64,000 nt of DNA from an uncultured Candidatus Rokubacteria bacterium. Lineage in GTDB: Bacteria; Methylomirabilota; Methylomirabilia; Rokubacteriales; DASRDR01. The notes below the pieces were generated by a model. That model saw only the letters and a list, made by a program, of their open reading frames with translations. It ran no database searches and was not told where the DNA came from. Numbering within the stretch: the first letter of the stretch is position 1; each line of letters starts with the position of its first letter. Location: NCBI GenBank assembly GCA_963826115.1, contig CAWGVS010000005.1, forward strand, positions 1,056,001-1,120,000, given 5' to 3'. The position numbers and the translations under genes are program-made. Positions 39,468 to 49,282 of this stretch are shown here, piece by piece.

Positions 39468-39545
39468 GGAATGGGGCGCAACTCCACGTCCCGGTTGACA
39501 TGCGCGGTCCTCGGAGCCACGATAGTCCCCACCACCAGCGGGGCC

Positions 39546-39737
39546 ATGCAGAGGCGTCCGAGCGCAGCAGTCCGGTTCTGCAACAACCCCGCGTGCGAGC
39601 GCTGTGACCTGCATCTCCGCCCGGGGGAGATCCTCCGGAAGGACGGCCGCGAGGTGTGCCCCGCATGCCACGAGGACCTGGTGATCCAGGAGCGACGGAT
39701 CCGCGCCGTCCGCTCGAGCGGAAGGCCTCGGCGGTGA
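39546..39737 (+). CDS. small zinc-finger-like protein (63 aa)
   Basis: CNNPACERC...CPACH; stop overlaps the next start (GTGA); TTGACA at 39495. Confidence 0.65.
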   Translation: MQRRPSAAVRFCNNPACERCDLHLRPGEILRKDGREVCPACHEDLVIQERRIRAVRSSGRPRR

Positions 39738-40477
39738 CGGAGCGCCGGAGCGTGCCCTCTCGCTCGCGCCCGACGCCGCCCGCGGGACGCCCCGAGCCCG
39801 CCGCGCCGGTCACCGCTCCGGGCCCGGGCGCGCGTGAGCGGATCCACCTCGACATCCTGCGCCGGACCGGTGCGTATCGCACCGGGGACCACTTCCTCCT
39901 GCCGTCGGGACACCACGCGCCCGAGTTCATCGACAAGGCGCTGGTCACCACCGAGCCCTCGTTCACCGAGGGGCTCGGCGACGTCATCGCCAAGCACTTC
40001 GCGCCGTGGCCCGCCGACATCGTCCTGTCGACGGGCCCGGGCGCCCTGATCCTCGCCCACTGCGTCGCGCGGGCGCTGCCGTCCCGCCCGATCCTCGTCT
40101 ACGCGACCAAGGGGTTCACCGAGCAGGGACGCCGGGTGCGCCTGCCGGACGAGTTCACGCGCTTCGTCGTGAGAGGCAGCAAGGTCCTGGTCGTCGAGGA
40201 CCTCATCACGACGGGCGAGACGATCCGGCTCCTGATCCAGATGGTCGAGGCCGCGGGGGGATCGGTGGTCGGGATCGGCTGCCTCTGGCAGCGGGCGACG
40301 AAGGTCGACCTGGGGACGGACGTCTTCAGCCTGGTGAAGCGGGACTTTCCCACCTACGAGCCGGCGAGCTGTCCCCTGTGCGCCCGGGGACTCGCGCTGA
40401 ACGCGGAGTTCGCGCGCGCCGAACCCCCGGTCGAGGAGTCGCTCGAGCCGCCGCGCGCGCGCCGGCGACCGTCCTAG
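39734..40477 (+). CDS. orotate phosphoribosyltransferase-like PRTase
   Basis: HFLLPSGHH, VLVVEDLITTGETI PRPP motif, C-terminal CPLC. Confidence 0.75.
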   Translation: MTERRSVPSRSRPTPPAGRPEPAAPVTAPGPGARERIHLDILRRTGAYRTGDHFLLPSGHHAPEFIDKALVTTEPSFTEGLGDVIAKHFAPWPADIVLSTGPGALILAHCVARALPSRPILVYATKGFTEQGRRVRLPDEFTRFVVRGSKVLVVEDLITTGETIRLLIQMVEAAGGSVVGIGCLWQRATKVDLGTDVFSLVKRDFPTYEPASCPLCARGLALNAEFARAEPPVEESLEPPRARRRPS

Positions 40478-40532
40478 CCGAGCCGCGCGGCACCGGCCCT
40501 GACGGGCCAGCCGGGCCGCAGAAGAGCCCGGC

Positions 40533-42659
40533 TCAGGACGCGACCGACTCCCTGGACTCCGCCGGCTGCGGCGTCGGCACGAGCGCGGCGTCGACCGCCT
40601 TCTCGAAGGCGTCCCGGAGGCGCTCCAGCCGCCGCGTGAAGGTGAGGCCGATCCTCGCGAACGCCTCGAACACGGCCTCGCGTCCCCCGTCGATCGACAG
40701 GTGGACGACCCGCGGCAGCTTGTCGAGGTCCATCTGGACGCGCTCCTGGAGCTGCTGGAACACCTGCTGCACCTCTTCCTTGCCCTTCCGAACCGAGCCG
40801 AAGATCGGCAGGACGAAGAGGTCCGCGCGCCCGCGCAGCCGCGACAGCGCCGCGGTGGCCACGGGGATCACCTCGACGCCGAGCTCGTCCAGGTAACGCC
40901 GGAGGCACTCCCCCACCCGCTCGGTGAGGAACGCCTCGGGCACCGCCACCGCGCGCCGGAGCCCAGGCCGGAACAGGGCCGCCCACGGGGTCCGCCACGC
41001 GCCGCCGGCGTTGACCTCGCGGCGAAGGCTCTCGAGGTAGGCCGGGCCGAACTCGCCCTCCCACCAGCGCTCGAGGGACGTGTCCGCGAACGGCGACTGG
41101 GCGGCCACCGTCTCCGGATCGCCGTGGACCTCCTTCACGTACTCGTGGAAGTGCTTGTGGGCGATCATGTACGAGATCGAGTCCACCAGCCGCTCGGGGG
41201 ACCACTTCCCGCCCATCGACTCCCTGAGCGTCCGGATGAACGCCCGCCGCCTGACACCGTCCGTCGTCAGGATGAAGTGCCGGATCACCTTCAAGGCGAT
41301 CCGGGCCAGCTGCCAGTCGAATCGTCCAGCCGCCCGCTGCTCCCGCTCGGGACGCTCCTGGAAGGGTCGGAGCGCCTGCATCACCCGCGCGCTGTAGTTG
41401 TCGTACCGGTAGAGCGACCGGATGAGCCAGTTGTAGCCCCGCTGGACCTCTTCCACCGTCATGAGCTTCGGCGTGAAGTTCAGGTCGGCGGCGCCGTGAC
41501 CGAGGACCGTGGCCGAGTCGTACGGCAGGAGCCGCCCCTCCTTCTGGAGCCGCGCGTGCAGCGGCGTCTTCTCGATCGCCGTCAGGACGCCGCAGGTCGT
41601 GAAGGGGATCCCGGCCTCCATCAGGAAGTCGAACTGCTCCTCGAAGATCCGGTGGTCGTCGTGGTCGAATCCGACGATCATGCCGGCCACGATCATGAGG
41701 TTGTGGGACTGGATCAGCCGGACGCTGTCCAGCAGCGGCCGGTGGGCGTTCTGGCGCTTCTTCGACTCCATGAGGCTGTCGATGCGCGGCGACTCGATTC
41801 CCACGAAGATGCTGGTGAAGTTCGCCTCGCGCAGGAGCTCGAGCAGCCTCGGCCGCTCCGCGACCGTGATGGTCATCTCGGCGGAGAACTGGATGGGGTA
41901 GTTGTTTTTCCGGCCGAACTCCCCGAGCGCCTCCAGGAGCTGCTCCGCGAACTTCTGGTTCCCGATGAGGTTGGCGTCGGAGAAGCTGATGTACTTCCCA
42001 CCCAGGGCGGCGATCGTCTCGATCTCCTTGAGGACCTGGGGAATCGACTTGAGCCTCGGGACCCGGCCGTCGGTGACGATGATGTCGCAGAACTCGCACG
42101 CGAACGGGCAGCCCCGCGTCGTCTGGATGAAGTGGTAGAGGTAGTCGTCCTTCTTGATGAGGTCGAAGCGTGGGATCGGCGACTTCTGCATGTCGATGTT
42201 GCCGACCTGCTTGTACACGGGCTTGGGAGTGCTGCCCTTGAGGAGGTCCGCGCAGTACTCGGGCCAGGTGTACTCGGTCTCGCCGTCGAAGACCACGTCG
42301 AACGTGCCGTCGACGAACCGCTCCGGGCAGAGGGTCGGGTACGGCCCGCCGACGACGACCGTCTTCCCCCGGCGCCGGAACTCCTGGGCCAGCTCGCGGG
42401 CCCGGATGTACTGCGGGCTCCAGCACCCGATCGCGACGATGTCGGCGTCCGTGTCGAAGTTGACCGGCTCGACGTTCTCGTCCTGGAGCTCGACCGGGAT
42501 CTCGCGCGGCGTCAGGCCGGCCACCGTGGCGAGCCCGAGCGGCGCCTGTCCGCACTTGACGCCGACGATGTCGTGAATCCCCTGGAATCCCCACAGCGAG
42601 CGTGGGAACTGCGGGTTCACGAACAGGATCTTCGGAATCTTTCGGGCCGAGGCGATCAT
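40533..42659 (-). CDS. B12-binding-domain radical SAM protein (DUF4070-type) with C-terminal extension
   Basis: PLGLATVAGLTP, VVGGPY, RGCPFACEFC, GIES, GMIVGFDHD. Confidence 0.88.
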   Translation of the reverse strand: MIASARKIPKILFVNPQFPRSLWGFQGIHDIVGVKCGQAPLGLATVAGLTPREIPVELQDENVEPVNFDTDADIVAIGCWSPQYIRARELAQEFRRRGKTVVVGGPYPTLCPERFVDGTFDVVFDGETEYTWPEYCADLLKGSTPKPVYKQVGNIDMQKSPIPRFDLIKKDDYLYHFIQTTRGCPFACEFCDIIVTDGRVPRLKSIPQVLKEIETIAALGGKYISFSDANLIGNQKFAEQLLEALGEFGRKNNYPIQFSAEMTITVAERPRLLELLREANFTSIFVGIESPRIDSLMESKKRQNAHRPLLDSVRLIQSHNLMIVAGMIVGFDHDDHRIFEEQFDFLMEAGIPFTTCGVLTAIEKTPLHARLQKEGRLLPYDSATVLGHGAADLNFTPKLMTVEEVQRGYNWLIRSLYRYDNYSARVMQALRPFQERPEREQRAAGRFDWQLARIALKVIRHFILTTDGVRRRAFIRTLRESMGGKWSPERLVDSISYMIAHKHFHEYVKEVHGDPETVAAQSPFADTSLERWWEGEFGPAYLESLRREVNAGGAWRTPWAALFRPGLRRAVAVPEAFLTERVGECLRRYLDELGVEVIPVATAALSRLRGRADLFVLPIFGSVRKGKEEVQQVFQQLQERVQMDLDKLPRVVHLSIDGGREAVFEAFARIGLTFTRRLERLRDAFEKAVDAALVPTPQPAESRESVAS

Positions 42660-42855
42660 CCGGACCTCCGTGGGCAACTCGCAGAGGACGAAGTAGAAAG
42701 GCGTCCGATAGTCGCAACACGGTAGCACTCGGGCTCGCGGACTGTCAACGACGCCGGGCCCCCGGAACGGCTCCCGCGCCCCCCGCCGGGACTACCAGAC
42801 CCCCAACCCGTAGGGGGCACTCTGAGCCTCCTCCGCTGCCCGTTGCATTTTCGGC

Positions 42856-42884
42856 TTGACAGCCTGTCGCCCCTCCCCTAGCAT
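42856..42884 (+). promoter_or_regulatory. sigma70 promoter upstream of the micro-ORF
   Basis: TTGACA (42856-61), 17 bp spacer, TAGCAT (42879-84). Confidence 0.7.
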
Positions 42885-42946
42885 CCGGCCAGACACGTGA
42901 GCGCGCGCGCGACCGCGCGGGCCGCGAGGGGAGGAGGTGACGGTCG

Positions 42947-42982
42947 ATGGCGAAGAAGAAGGCGACGAAGAAGAAGAAGTAA
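42947..42982 (+). CDS. 11-aa Lys-rich micropeptide MAKKKATKKKK
   Basis: Near-perfect SD GGAGGAGGTGA 6 nt before ATG; all AAG Lys codons; TAA stop; flanked by a promoter and a hairpin. Confidence 0.65.
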   Translation: MAKKKATKKKK

Positions 42983-43002
42983 GCGCGGCAACCACTCCAC
43001 CT

Positions 43003-43044
43003 CGGAGGCCCCGCAGCCACACTGGCGGGGCCTCCGCGCGTTTC
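43003..43044 (+). terminator. hairpin after the micro-ORF
   Basis: CGGAGGCCCCGC / GCGGGGCCTCCG 12-bp stem followed by cgcgtttc. Confidence 0.55.
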
Positions 43045-43095
43045 GGGCGGCGGCCGGCCCGCCGGGCCCGGAGGAGCCTCTGGTAGGGTAACCCC

Positions 43096-44043
43096 GTGCC
43101 TTCCCCCGAACGCGAGCTTCGCGAGCACGAGGCCTACGGCCTCCTCTTTCTCACGAGCCTCATCTGGGCCGGCAACTTCATCGCCGGCAAGATCGCGTTG
43201 GAGGTGGTCGGCCCCATCACGCTGACCGCCCTCCGGACCGTCCTCGCCACCGGCGTCCTTCTCTGGTACGTGCGGTTCAGCTACCAGACCTGGCCGAGCG
43301 TCGCCTCGGGGGACCTCCGGATCTTCCTCACCCTCGCCCTCACCGGCCTCGTGACCAACACCACCCTCTGGTACTACGGCCTCCACCGGACGCTGGCCAT
43401 CAATGCCGCCATCCTCGGGGCCATGGGCCCGGTGTTCGTCGCCCTGCTCTCCGCCACGTGGCTCCGCGAGCGGCTCTCGCGCCTCAACGTCCTGGGCATC
43501 CTCGTCTCGTCGGCGGGCGTCGTTCTGACCGTGACCCGCGGCTCCCTCCGGGCCCTCCTGGACCTCGATCTCCACACCGGCGACTTCTTCGTCCTGGCGG
43601 GCCAGAGCATCTGGGCGGTCTACTCCGTCTACGCCCGCCAGGTGTCTCGCCGATATCCCCCGACCGTGATCACCACGGGAACGTACATCGTCTCGGCCGC
43701 CTTCCTGGTGCCGCTCTCGCTGTTCGAGCGCCCCTGGACCCAGCTGCCTCACCTGACGGTCGGGGCGACCCTGGCCATTCTCTACGCGGCCACCCTGGTG
43801 ACCGTCTCCCACATCTGGTTCTACTGGGGGATCCGCGTCGTCTCCGCCGCCGTGGCGTCCCTCACGGTGAACCTGATCCCCTTCCAGGTGCTCGCGGTGT
43901 CGTGGCTGCTCCTCGGCGAGCCCGTGACCTGGGCCCACGTGGTCGGCGCGCTGGTGGTGATCGCGGGCGTCCTGCTCGCCACCCGCAAGAGCGCGCCCGC
44001 TCCCGTGGCGCCCGAGACGTCCGGGACGGCGGAGCGCGCCTAG
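43096..44043 (+). CDS. DMT/EamA family transporter
   Basis: IWAGNF, about 10 TM segments, LRERL, LLGEP. Confidence 0.9.
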   Translation: MPSPERELREHEAYGLLFLTSLIWAGNFIAGKIALEVVGPITLTALRTVLATGVLLWYVRFSYQTWPSVASGDLRIFLTLALTGLVTNTTLWYYGLHRTLAINAAILGAMGPVFVALLSATWLRERLSRLNVLGILVSSAGVVLTVTRGSLRALLDLDLHTGDFFVLAGQSIWAVYSVYARQVSRRYPPTVITTGTYIVSAAFLVPLSLFERPWTQLPHLTVGATLAILYAATLVTVSHIWFYWGIRVVSAAVASLTVNLIPFQVLAVSWLLLGEPVTWAHVVGALVVIAGVLLATRKSAPAPVAPETSGTAERA

Positions 44044-45800
44044 GTGCGACGCCCCGGCCGCGAGACGCCCGCCGGCCGAACGAGGGCCGCGATCGCTCGA
44101 GAGAGCGGCGCGAGACCGAGGAGCCGCCGCACGTAGGGCCCCTCGCCCCGGCCCCCCTTCGCCCGGATCATCCCGGCCACGCGCGCCCGGGTCGCGGGCG
44201 ACCACCCCTCGAGCCCCGGTACCAGCGCGATCGCGAGCGCCCACTGGCGGAAGGCCCGGCGCTCGGCCCCGGTCCACCCCGCGAGCCGGCCCACCCCGAG
44301 GGCCCGACTCGCGCGCCGGACCGCGCGGCGCGTGGCCGCCTGCCGGTCGCCCCCGTGCCGCCGCGCCACCTCGCGGGTGACCAGCGCGGCCAGATCGCGC
44401 GCGCGAACCCGGCGCTCCGGCTCCGCGCTGCCCCCGGGCAGCGTGAGGCACGCCTCGTCCCGCGCCAGTCGACGGAGCACGGAGAGGGGCGAGCGGTACC
44501 GCCGGTCGCGAGCGATCTTCGCCCGCTCGGCCTCCAGCACGCGGCGCACCGCCTCGCTCCGCGGATGGAATCCGAGGTGCTCGTAGAAGTAGAACGCGCC
44601 CGACCGCAGCGCCTCCGGGTTGTCCGTCCCCAGCTGGTAGGGGTCCACCACGACGGTCCGCATGCGGAAGACCTGGTGGTACGTGCGCAGGACCTGGCCG
44701 AGGATCCAGGCCGACTCCCCCTGCCGGAACGACTCGAAGATGTTGAACCCGAACTCCAGCGTCTCGAACAGGCACCAGCCGCCGCCGTAGCCCACCGGGA
44801 CGCCGTTCTTGATCGCGAGGAACGCGTAGTAGCCCTCGAACGGCAGCCGGAATTCCGGCTGGAGCCCGATGAGCACGCCCCGGAGGCCCCGGCCCATCTC
44901 CGCCACCAGCACGTCCTCCGGGTTGGGATAGGAGAAGGCGTGCAGCTCCCGGGAGCGCGTGGCCATCGCGACGCGGGCCGTCTCGATGAGCTCCGCGGCG
45001 AGTCTCGGCGGCGCGCGGCGGAGCGACGGCAAGGGGCGCGTCGCCTCCCGCCGGAGGTCGATGCCGGCGCGCCGGAGCGCCGCCCCCTGCAAGAACACGC
45101 GGGCCGGGGCGTGCTTTGCGCCCGTCCGCGCGACGCGGGAATCCAGGCGGAAACGGACCGGGAGCGCGAGGCTCTCGTAGAGCCAGTCCCGGAAGCCTGC
45201 GTCGAGTGGTCCGCGGTCGAACGCCTCGACCAGCACCTGGAGGTCCGTGAGGCGCCGCCCGGCTCGCGCGACGTCGAGCCACTGGCGCACGGTGAACCCG
45301 CCTTCGCTGAAGGCGTCGCTCTCGGACGGCGTCACCAGGAGATCGAGCGCGTCGGCGAGCTTCTCCGGCTCGGCCACCGACGGCCAGCCGATGTCCGCGC
45401 GCCCGCCGAGACGGTCCGCCAGCCACCGGCTGAGCGGAAGTCCGTACGGATACTCCGCCGTCGTGCCCGCAACGCCGGTGTCGTGGAGCCGCGCCAGAGA
45501 CCGCGCGGGGAGAGTCCGGACGCGCTCCGGGAAGCGTCGCAGGAGGTCGTCGACCCGGCCGAGGATCTCCCGGTCGTCCGGGTAGGCCTGAAGAAAGCAG
45601 AGCGATTCGTGGAGGCGGAGGAGCGACGCGGGCTCGGGAACGGGCGCCGTCCGGAGCGCCGCCAGGAGCCGTCGCTTCTCGGCGCGGGCCTCGGGCGTGA
45701 ACCGCGGGGTGAGGGCGGCCAGCGCGGCCACCAGCCCAGCCCCGTCCGGAGACGATCCCACGGGGCGACGCGCCCGCCGAGGGTTGCCCGCGCGCGCCAT
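44040..45800 (-). CDS. hypothetical protein (about 586 aa)
   Basis: Long ORF with host-like codon usage downstream of nrdR; motifs FNIFESFRQGES, DPYQLG..N.EA..SGAFYFY..LGF. Confidence 0.7.
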   Translation of the reverse strand: MARAGNPRRARRPVGSSPDGAGLVAALAALTPRFTPEARAEKRRLLAALRTAPVPEPASLLRLHESLCFLQAYPDDREILGRVDDLLRRFPERVRTLPARSLARLHDTGVAGTTAEYPYGLPLSRWLADRLGGRADIGWPSVAEPEKLADALDLLVTPSESDAFSEGGFTVRQWLDVARAGRRLTDLQVLVEAFDRGPLDAGFRDWLYESLALPVRFRLDSRVARTGAKHAPARVFLQGAALRRAGIDLRREATRPLPSLRRAPPRLAAELIETARVAMATRSRELHAFSYPNPEDVLVAEMGRGLRGVLIGLQPEFRLPFEGYYAFLAIKNGVPVGYGGGWCLFETLEFGFNIFESFRQGESAWILGQVLRTYHQVFRMRTVVVDPYQLGTDNPEALRSGAFYFYEHLGFHPRSEAVRRVLEAERAKIARDRRYRSPLSVLRRLARDEACLTLPGGSAEPERRVRARDLAALVTREVARRHGGDRQAATRRAVRRASRALGVGRLAGWTGAERRAFRQWALAIALVPGLEGWSPATRARVAGMIRAKGGRGEGPYVRRLLGLAPLSRAIAALVRPAGVSRPGRRT

Positions 45801-45831
45801 CACCCGGGTCGGCGGATCCCGGCGCCCTGTC

Positions 45832-46329
45832 CTACAGGCGCGCCTTCCGCCGCTTGGCCTTCTCCGGCTCCTTCGGCTCCTTCTTGATGAGGCCCTTCAC
45901 CTCGTCCATGAACTGGGTCACGTCGTTGAACTGCCGGTAGACGGAGGCGAAGCGGACGTAGGCCACCTGGTCCAGCTGCTGGAGGCGCGCCATCACGAGC
46001 TCCCCCAGCTCTCGGCTCGAGACTTCCTTCTCGGCTCGCTCGTGGAGCTTCGCCTCGATGTCGCTCACGACGTCGTCAACGGCCTGGACGCCGACCGATC
46101 GTTTCTCGCAGGCCTTCAGGACCGAGTTCCGGAGCTTGGCGCGGTCGAAGGGCTCCCGCCGGCCGTCACGCTTGACGACCATCGGGAGGATGTCCTCGAT
46201 GTACTCGTAGGTCGTGTAGCGGCGGTTGCACTTCAAGCACTCGCGGCGGCGCCGGATGAACTCCCCGTCGCGGCCGACGCGGGAGTCGACGACCCGGTCC
46301 TCCGTGTGCCCGCAGAACGGACACTTCAC
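45832..46329 (-). CDS. nrdR: transcriptional repressor NrdR
   Basis: KCPFCG..DRVVDSR, RRRREC..C..RYTTYE, ATP cone [17 protein letters not shown]. Confidence 0.96.
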   Translation of the reverse strand: MKCPFCGHTEDRVVDSRVGRDGEFIRRRRECLKCNRRYTTYEYIEDILPMVVKRDGRREPFDRAKLRNSVLKACEKRSVGVQAVDDVVSDIEAKLHERAEKEVSSRELGELVMARLQQLDQVAYVRFASVYRQFNDVTQFMDEVKGLIKKEPKEPEKAKRRKARL

Positions 46330-47579
46330 CCGAGGCGCTCCGGGTAGAGCGGGAACCGGCCCGCGAGCGAGGCGACGTCGGCCCGCACGGAGGCCTCCGC
46401 CTTCTGGTCGCCCTTCGCGCGCAGGACGCGGTCGATGAAGCCCGCGATGGCCTCCATCTCGGGCTCCTTCATCCCCCGGGTGGTGACCGCGGGCGTGCCG
46501 ACCCGGATGCCGCTCGTCACCATGGGGCTCCGCGTCTCGAACGGGATCGTGTTCTTGTTCACGGTGATCCAGGACCGGTCGAGCGCCTCCTGGGCCTCCT
46601 TGCCGGTGAGCCCGGTCGCCGTGAGGTCGACCAGCATCAGGTGAGTGTCGGTGCCCCCGGTCACGAGGCGGTGCCCGTGCTGCATCAGCGCGGCGGCGAG
46701 CGCCTGGGCGTTCGTCACGATCTGGCGCTGGTACGCGCGCCAGTCGGGCGTCAGGGCCTCCCGGAAGCCGACGGCCTTGGCCGCGATCACGTGCATCAGC
46801 GGGCCGCCCTGCATGCCGGGCATGACGACCTTGTCGAGGGCTGGGCCGTGCGCGGCGCGGCACATGACCATCCCGCCCCGCGGCCCGCGGAGCGTCTTGT
46901 GCGTGGTCGAGGTCACGAAGTCGGCGTACGGGACGGGCGTCGGGTGGAGCCCTGCCGCGACCAGGCCGGCGGGGTGGGCGATGTCGGCCATCAGGAGGCA
47001 GCCGACCTCGTCGGCGATCTCCCGGAAGGGCTTGAAGTCGATCGCCCTGGGGAACGCCGAGCCACCCGTCACCAGCAGCTTCGGGCGATGCTCACGGCAG
47101 AGGGCCCGCACCTGGTCGATGTCGATCCGCTCGTCCTCGCGCCGGACCCCGTACGGGACGATCCGGTAGAGCTTGCCCGAGAAGTTGATCGGGTTGCCCA
47201 TGGTGAGGTGGCCGCCGTGGGAGAGGTTCGGCGCGACGATGGTGTCGCCCGGCGTCAGCACGGTGAAGTAGGCGGCCATGTTGGCCTGGGATCCGGAGTG
47301 CGGCTGGACGTTCACGTGCTCGGCGCCGAAGAGCTCCTTGGCGCGCTGGATCGCCAGCTCCTCCACCGTGTCGACGTTCTCGCAGCCGCCGTAGTACCGG
47401 CGGCCCGGGTACCCCTCCGCGTACTTGTTGGTCATGACGGAGCCGACGGCCTCGAGCACCGCCTCGGAGACGAAGTTCTCCGACGCGATCAGCTCGAGGT
47501 TCCGGGACTGCCGCTCCGTCTCGAGCCGGATGGCCTTCGCCACCTCGGGATCCGTCTGTTCGAGCCACCGCATGGGCAT
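46326..47579 (-). CDS. glyA: serine hydroxymethyltransferase
   Basis: [38 protein letters not shown]. Confidence 0.97.
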   Translation of the reverse strand: MPMRWLEQTDPEVAKAIRLETERQSRNLELIASENFVSEAVLEAVGSVMTNKYAEGYPGRRYYGGCENVDTVEELAIQRAKELFGAEHVNVQPHSGSQANMAAYFTVLTPGDTIVAPNLSHGGHLTMGNPINFSGKLYRIVPYGVRREDERIDIDQVRALCREHRPKLLVTGGSAFPRAIDFKPFREIADEVGCLLMADIAHPAGLVAAGLHPTPVPYADFVTSTTHKTLRGPRGGMVMCRAAHGPALDKVVMPGMQGGPLMHVIAAKAVGFREALTPDWRAYQRQIVTNAQALAAALMQHGHRLVTGGTDTHLMLVDLTATGLTGKEAQEALDRSWITVNKNTIPFETRSPMVTSGIRVGTPAVTTRGMKEPEMEAIAGFIDRVLRAKGDQKAEASVRADVASLAGRFPLYPERLG

Positions 47580-47676
47580 TCGTCTCCTGTCGCCGGGGTC
47601 AGATCGCCCACAACCGTACTGGGCCCCCCTAGGGAGTGTCAAGGCGCGCCGCGATCGCGCCGCTATAATGGGCGCC

Positions 47677-47985
47677 GTGGCCCGCCTGGTCCGCGTCGCG
47701 ACGGTTGGGGAGATCCCGGTCGGCCGGGGCAAGTCCGTCGAAGTCGACGGCGTTCCCCTCGCCGTCTTCAACGACGGCGGCGAGTACCGGGTGCTGGAGG
47801 GCTCGTGCCCGCACGAGGGCGGTCCCCTCGGGCACGGCGCCCTCCTCGGAAACAGCATCGTGTGCCCGTGGCACGGCTTCGACTTCGACGTCCGCACCGG
47901 CGCCTGCGACGTCGCGCCCGACCTTTCCGTGACGGTGTACCCGGTGCACGTCACGGGCACCGACGTCCTCGTCGAGCTGCCCTGA
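47677..47985 (+). CDS. Rieske [2Fe-2S] ferredoxin
   Basis: CPHEGGPL and CPWHG. Confidence 0.88.
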   Translation: MARLVRVATVGEIPVGRGKSVEVDGVPLAVFNDGGEYRVLEGSCPHEGGPLGHGALLGNSIVCPWHGFDFDVRTGACDVAPDLSVTVYPVHVTGTDVLVELP

Positions 47986-47992
47986 CCCGCCC

Positions 47993-49243
47993 GTGCGCCG
48001 CCGCCTCCTGCCGATCGGGATCGGGCTGGCAGTCGCCGCCGCCGTCGCGTACGGCACCTGGGCGTGGGTCGCCTCGCGGCACCGCGTCTCCACCGAGGAC
48101 GCGTACGTCGAGGGCGCGGTGGTGGCGATCAGCGCCCGCGTCCCCGGCCCCGTCGCCCGCGTTCACGTGCGGGACAACGAGCGTGTCCAGGTCGGCCAGC
48201 TCCTGATCGAGATCGACCCGCGCGATTTCGAGATCCGCGTCGCGCAGGCGCGCGCGACCCTCGCCATGGCGGTCGCCGATGCGCGCGGCGCGCACTCCGA
48301 GGTGCCGCTCGCCCGCGAGAGCACGCAGAGCCGGGTCCAGCAGGCGCGCGCGACCCTGGCCGCGTCGCGGGTCGCGGTGGACGTGAGCCGCGCGGAGGCG
48401 GACGAGGCACGGGCGCGCGCCCAGAGTCGCCGCGCCGCCGTGGCCGCCGCGCACGCGGAGGTCGGCCTCGCCGAGTCGACCGCGGACCGCACGCAGCTCG
48501 ACCTCGACCGCGCCAGCCGGCTGGTGTCCGGCGGGCTCATCGCGCAGCAGGAGCACGATGCCGCCCGCGCCGCGCACCGCGCCGCCGTGGCGACTCTGGA
48601 GGCCGCCCACCGGAGGCTCGCCCAGGCGGAGCGCGACGCGGAGGCCGCGGAGGTCGAGACCCACCGTCGCACCCTCTCCGTCCAGCAGGCCGAGCGGCGG
48701 GTCGAGGAGGCGGAGGCCCAGGTGGCGGACGCCCAGTCCCAGCAGACCCAGGTGCCCGTCAAGGAAGCCGCGGCCGGCCGCGCGGGCGCCAGCGTGGAGC
48801 AGGCGCAGGCCGAGCTGGCGGCGGCCGAGCTCCAGCTCACGAAGACGCGGATCGTGGCGCCGGCCGCCGGGCTCGTCGCGAAGAAGACCGTGGAGTCCGG
48901 TCAGATGGTCCAGGTCGGCCAGCCGCTCCTGGCCATCGTGCCGCTCGAGGGCGTCTGGGTGGTCGCGAACCTCAAGGAGACGCAGATGGGGCGCGTTCGC
49001 GCCGGTCAGCCCGCCACCATCCGCGTGGACACGTTCCCGGACCGCGTCTTCCGCGGCCGCGTGGAGTCGATCAGCGCGGGCACCGGCGCTCGCTTCAGCC
49101 TCCTGCCGCCGGAGAACGCGTCGGGCAACTGGGTGAAGGTGGTCCAGCGGGTGCCCGTCAAGATCGTGCTCGAGGACTACCAGGCCAACCCGCACCTCCT
49201 GCGGGCCGGCATGTCCGCCGTCGTCACGATCGACGTCCGCTAG
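47993..49243 (+). CDS. HlyD/EmrA family efflux adaptor
   Basis: [34 protein letters not shown]. Confidence 0.92.
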   Translation: MRRRLLPIGIGLAVAAAVAYGTWAWVASRHRVSTEDAYVEGAVVAISARVPGPVARVHVRDNERVQVGQLLIEIDPRDFEIRVAQARATLAMAVADARGAHSEVPLARESTQSRVQQARATLAASRVAVDVSRAEADEARARAQSRRAAVAAAHAEVGLAESTADRTQLDLDRASRLVSGGLIAQQEHDAARAAHRAAVATLEAAHRRLAQAERDAEAAEVETHRRTLSVQQAERRVEEAEAQVADAQSQQTQVPVKEAAAGRAGASVEQAQAELAAAELQLTKTRIVAPAAGLVAKKTVESGQMVQVGQPLLAIVPLEGVWVVANLKETQMGRVRAGQPATIRVDTFPDRVFRGRVESISAGTGARFSLLPPENASGNWVKVVQRVPVKIVLEDYQANPHLLRAGMSAVVTIDVR

Positions 49244-49282
49244 TGCGGACGGGCTCCGGCTTCCCGACGGGTCGCGGCGGGC

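Noticed and set aside
42800-42817. Imperfect palindrome CCCCAACCCGTAGGGG as an NrdR box
   Set aside because: Poor match in the central positions and no ribonucleotide reductase gene nearby
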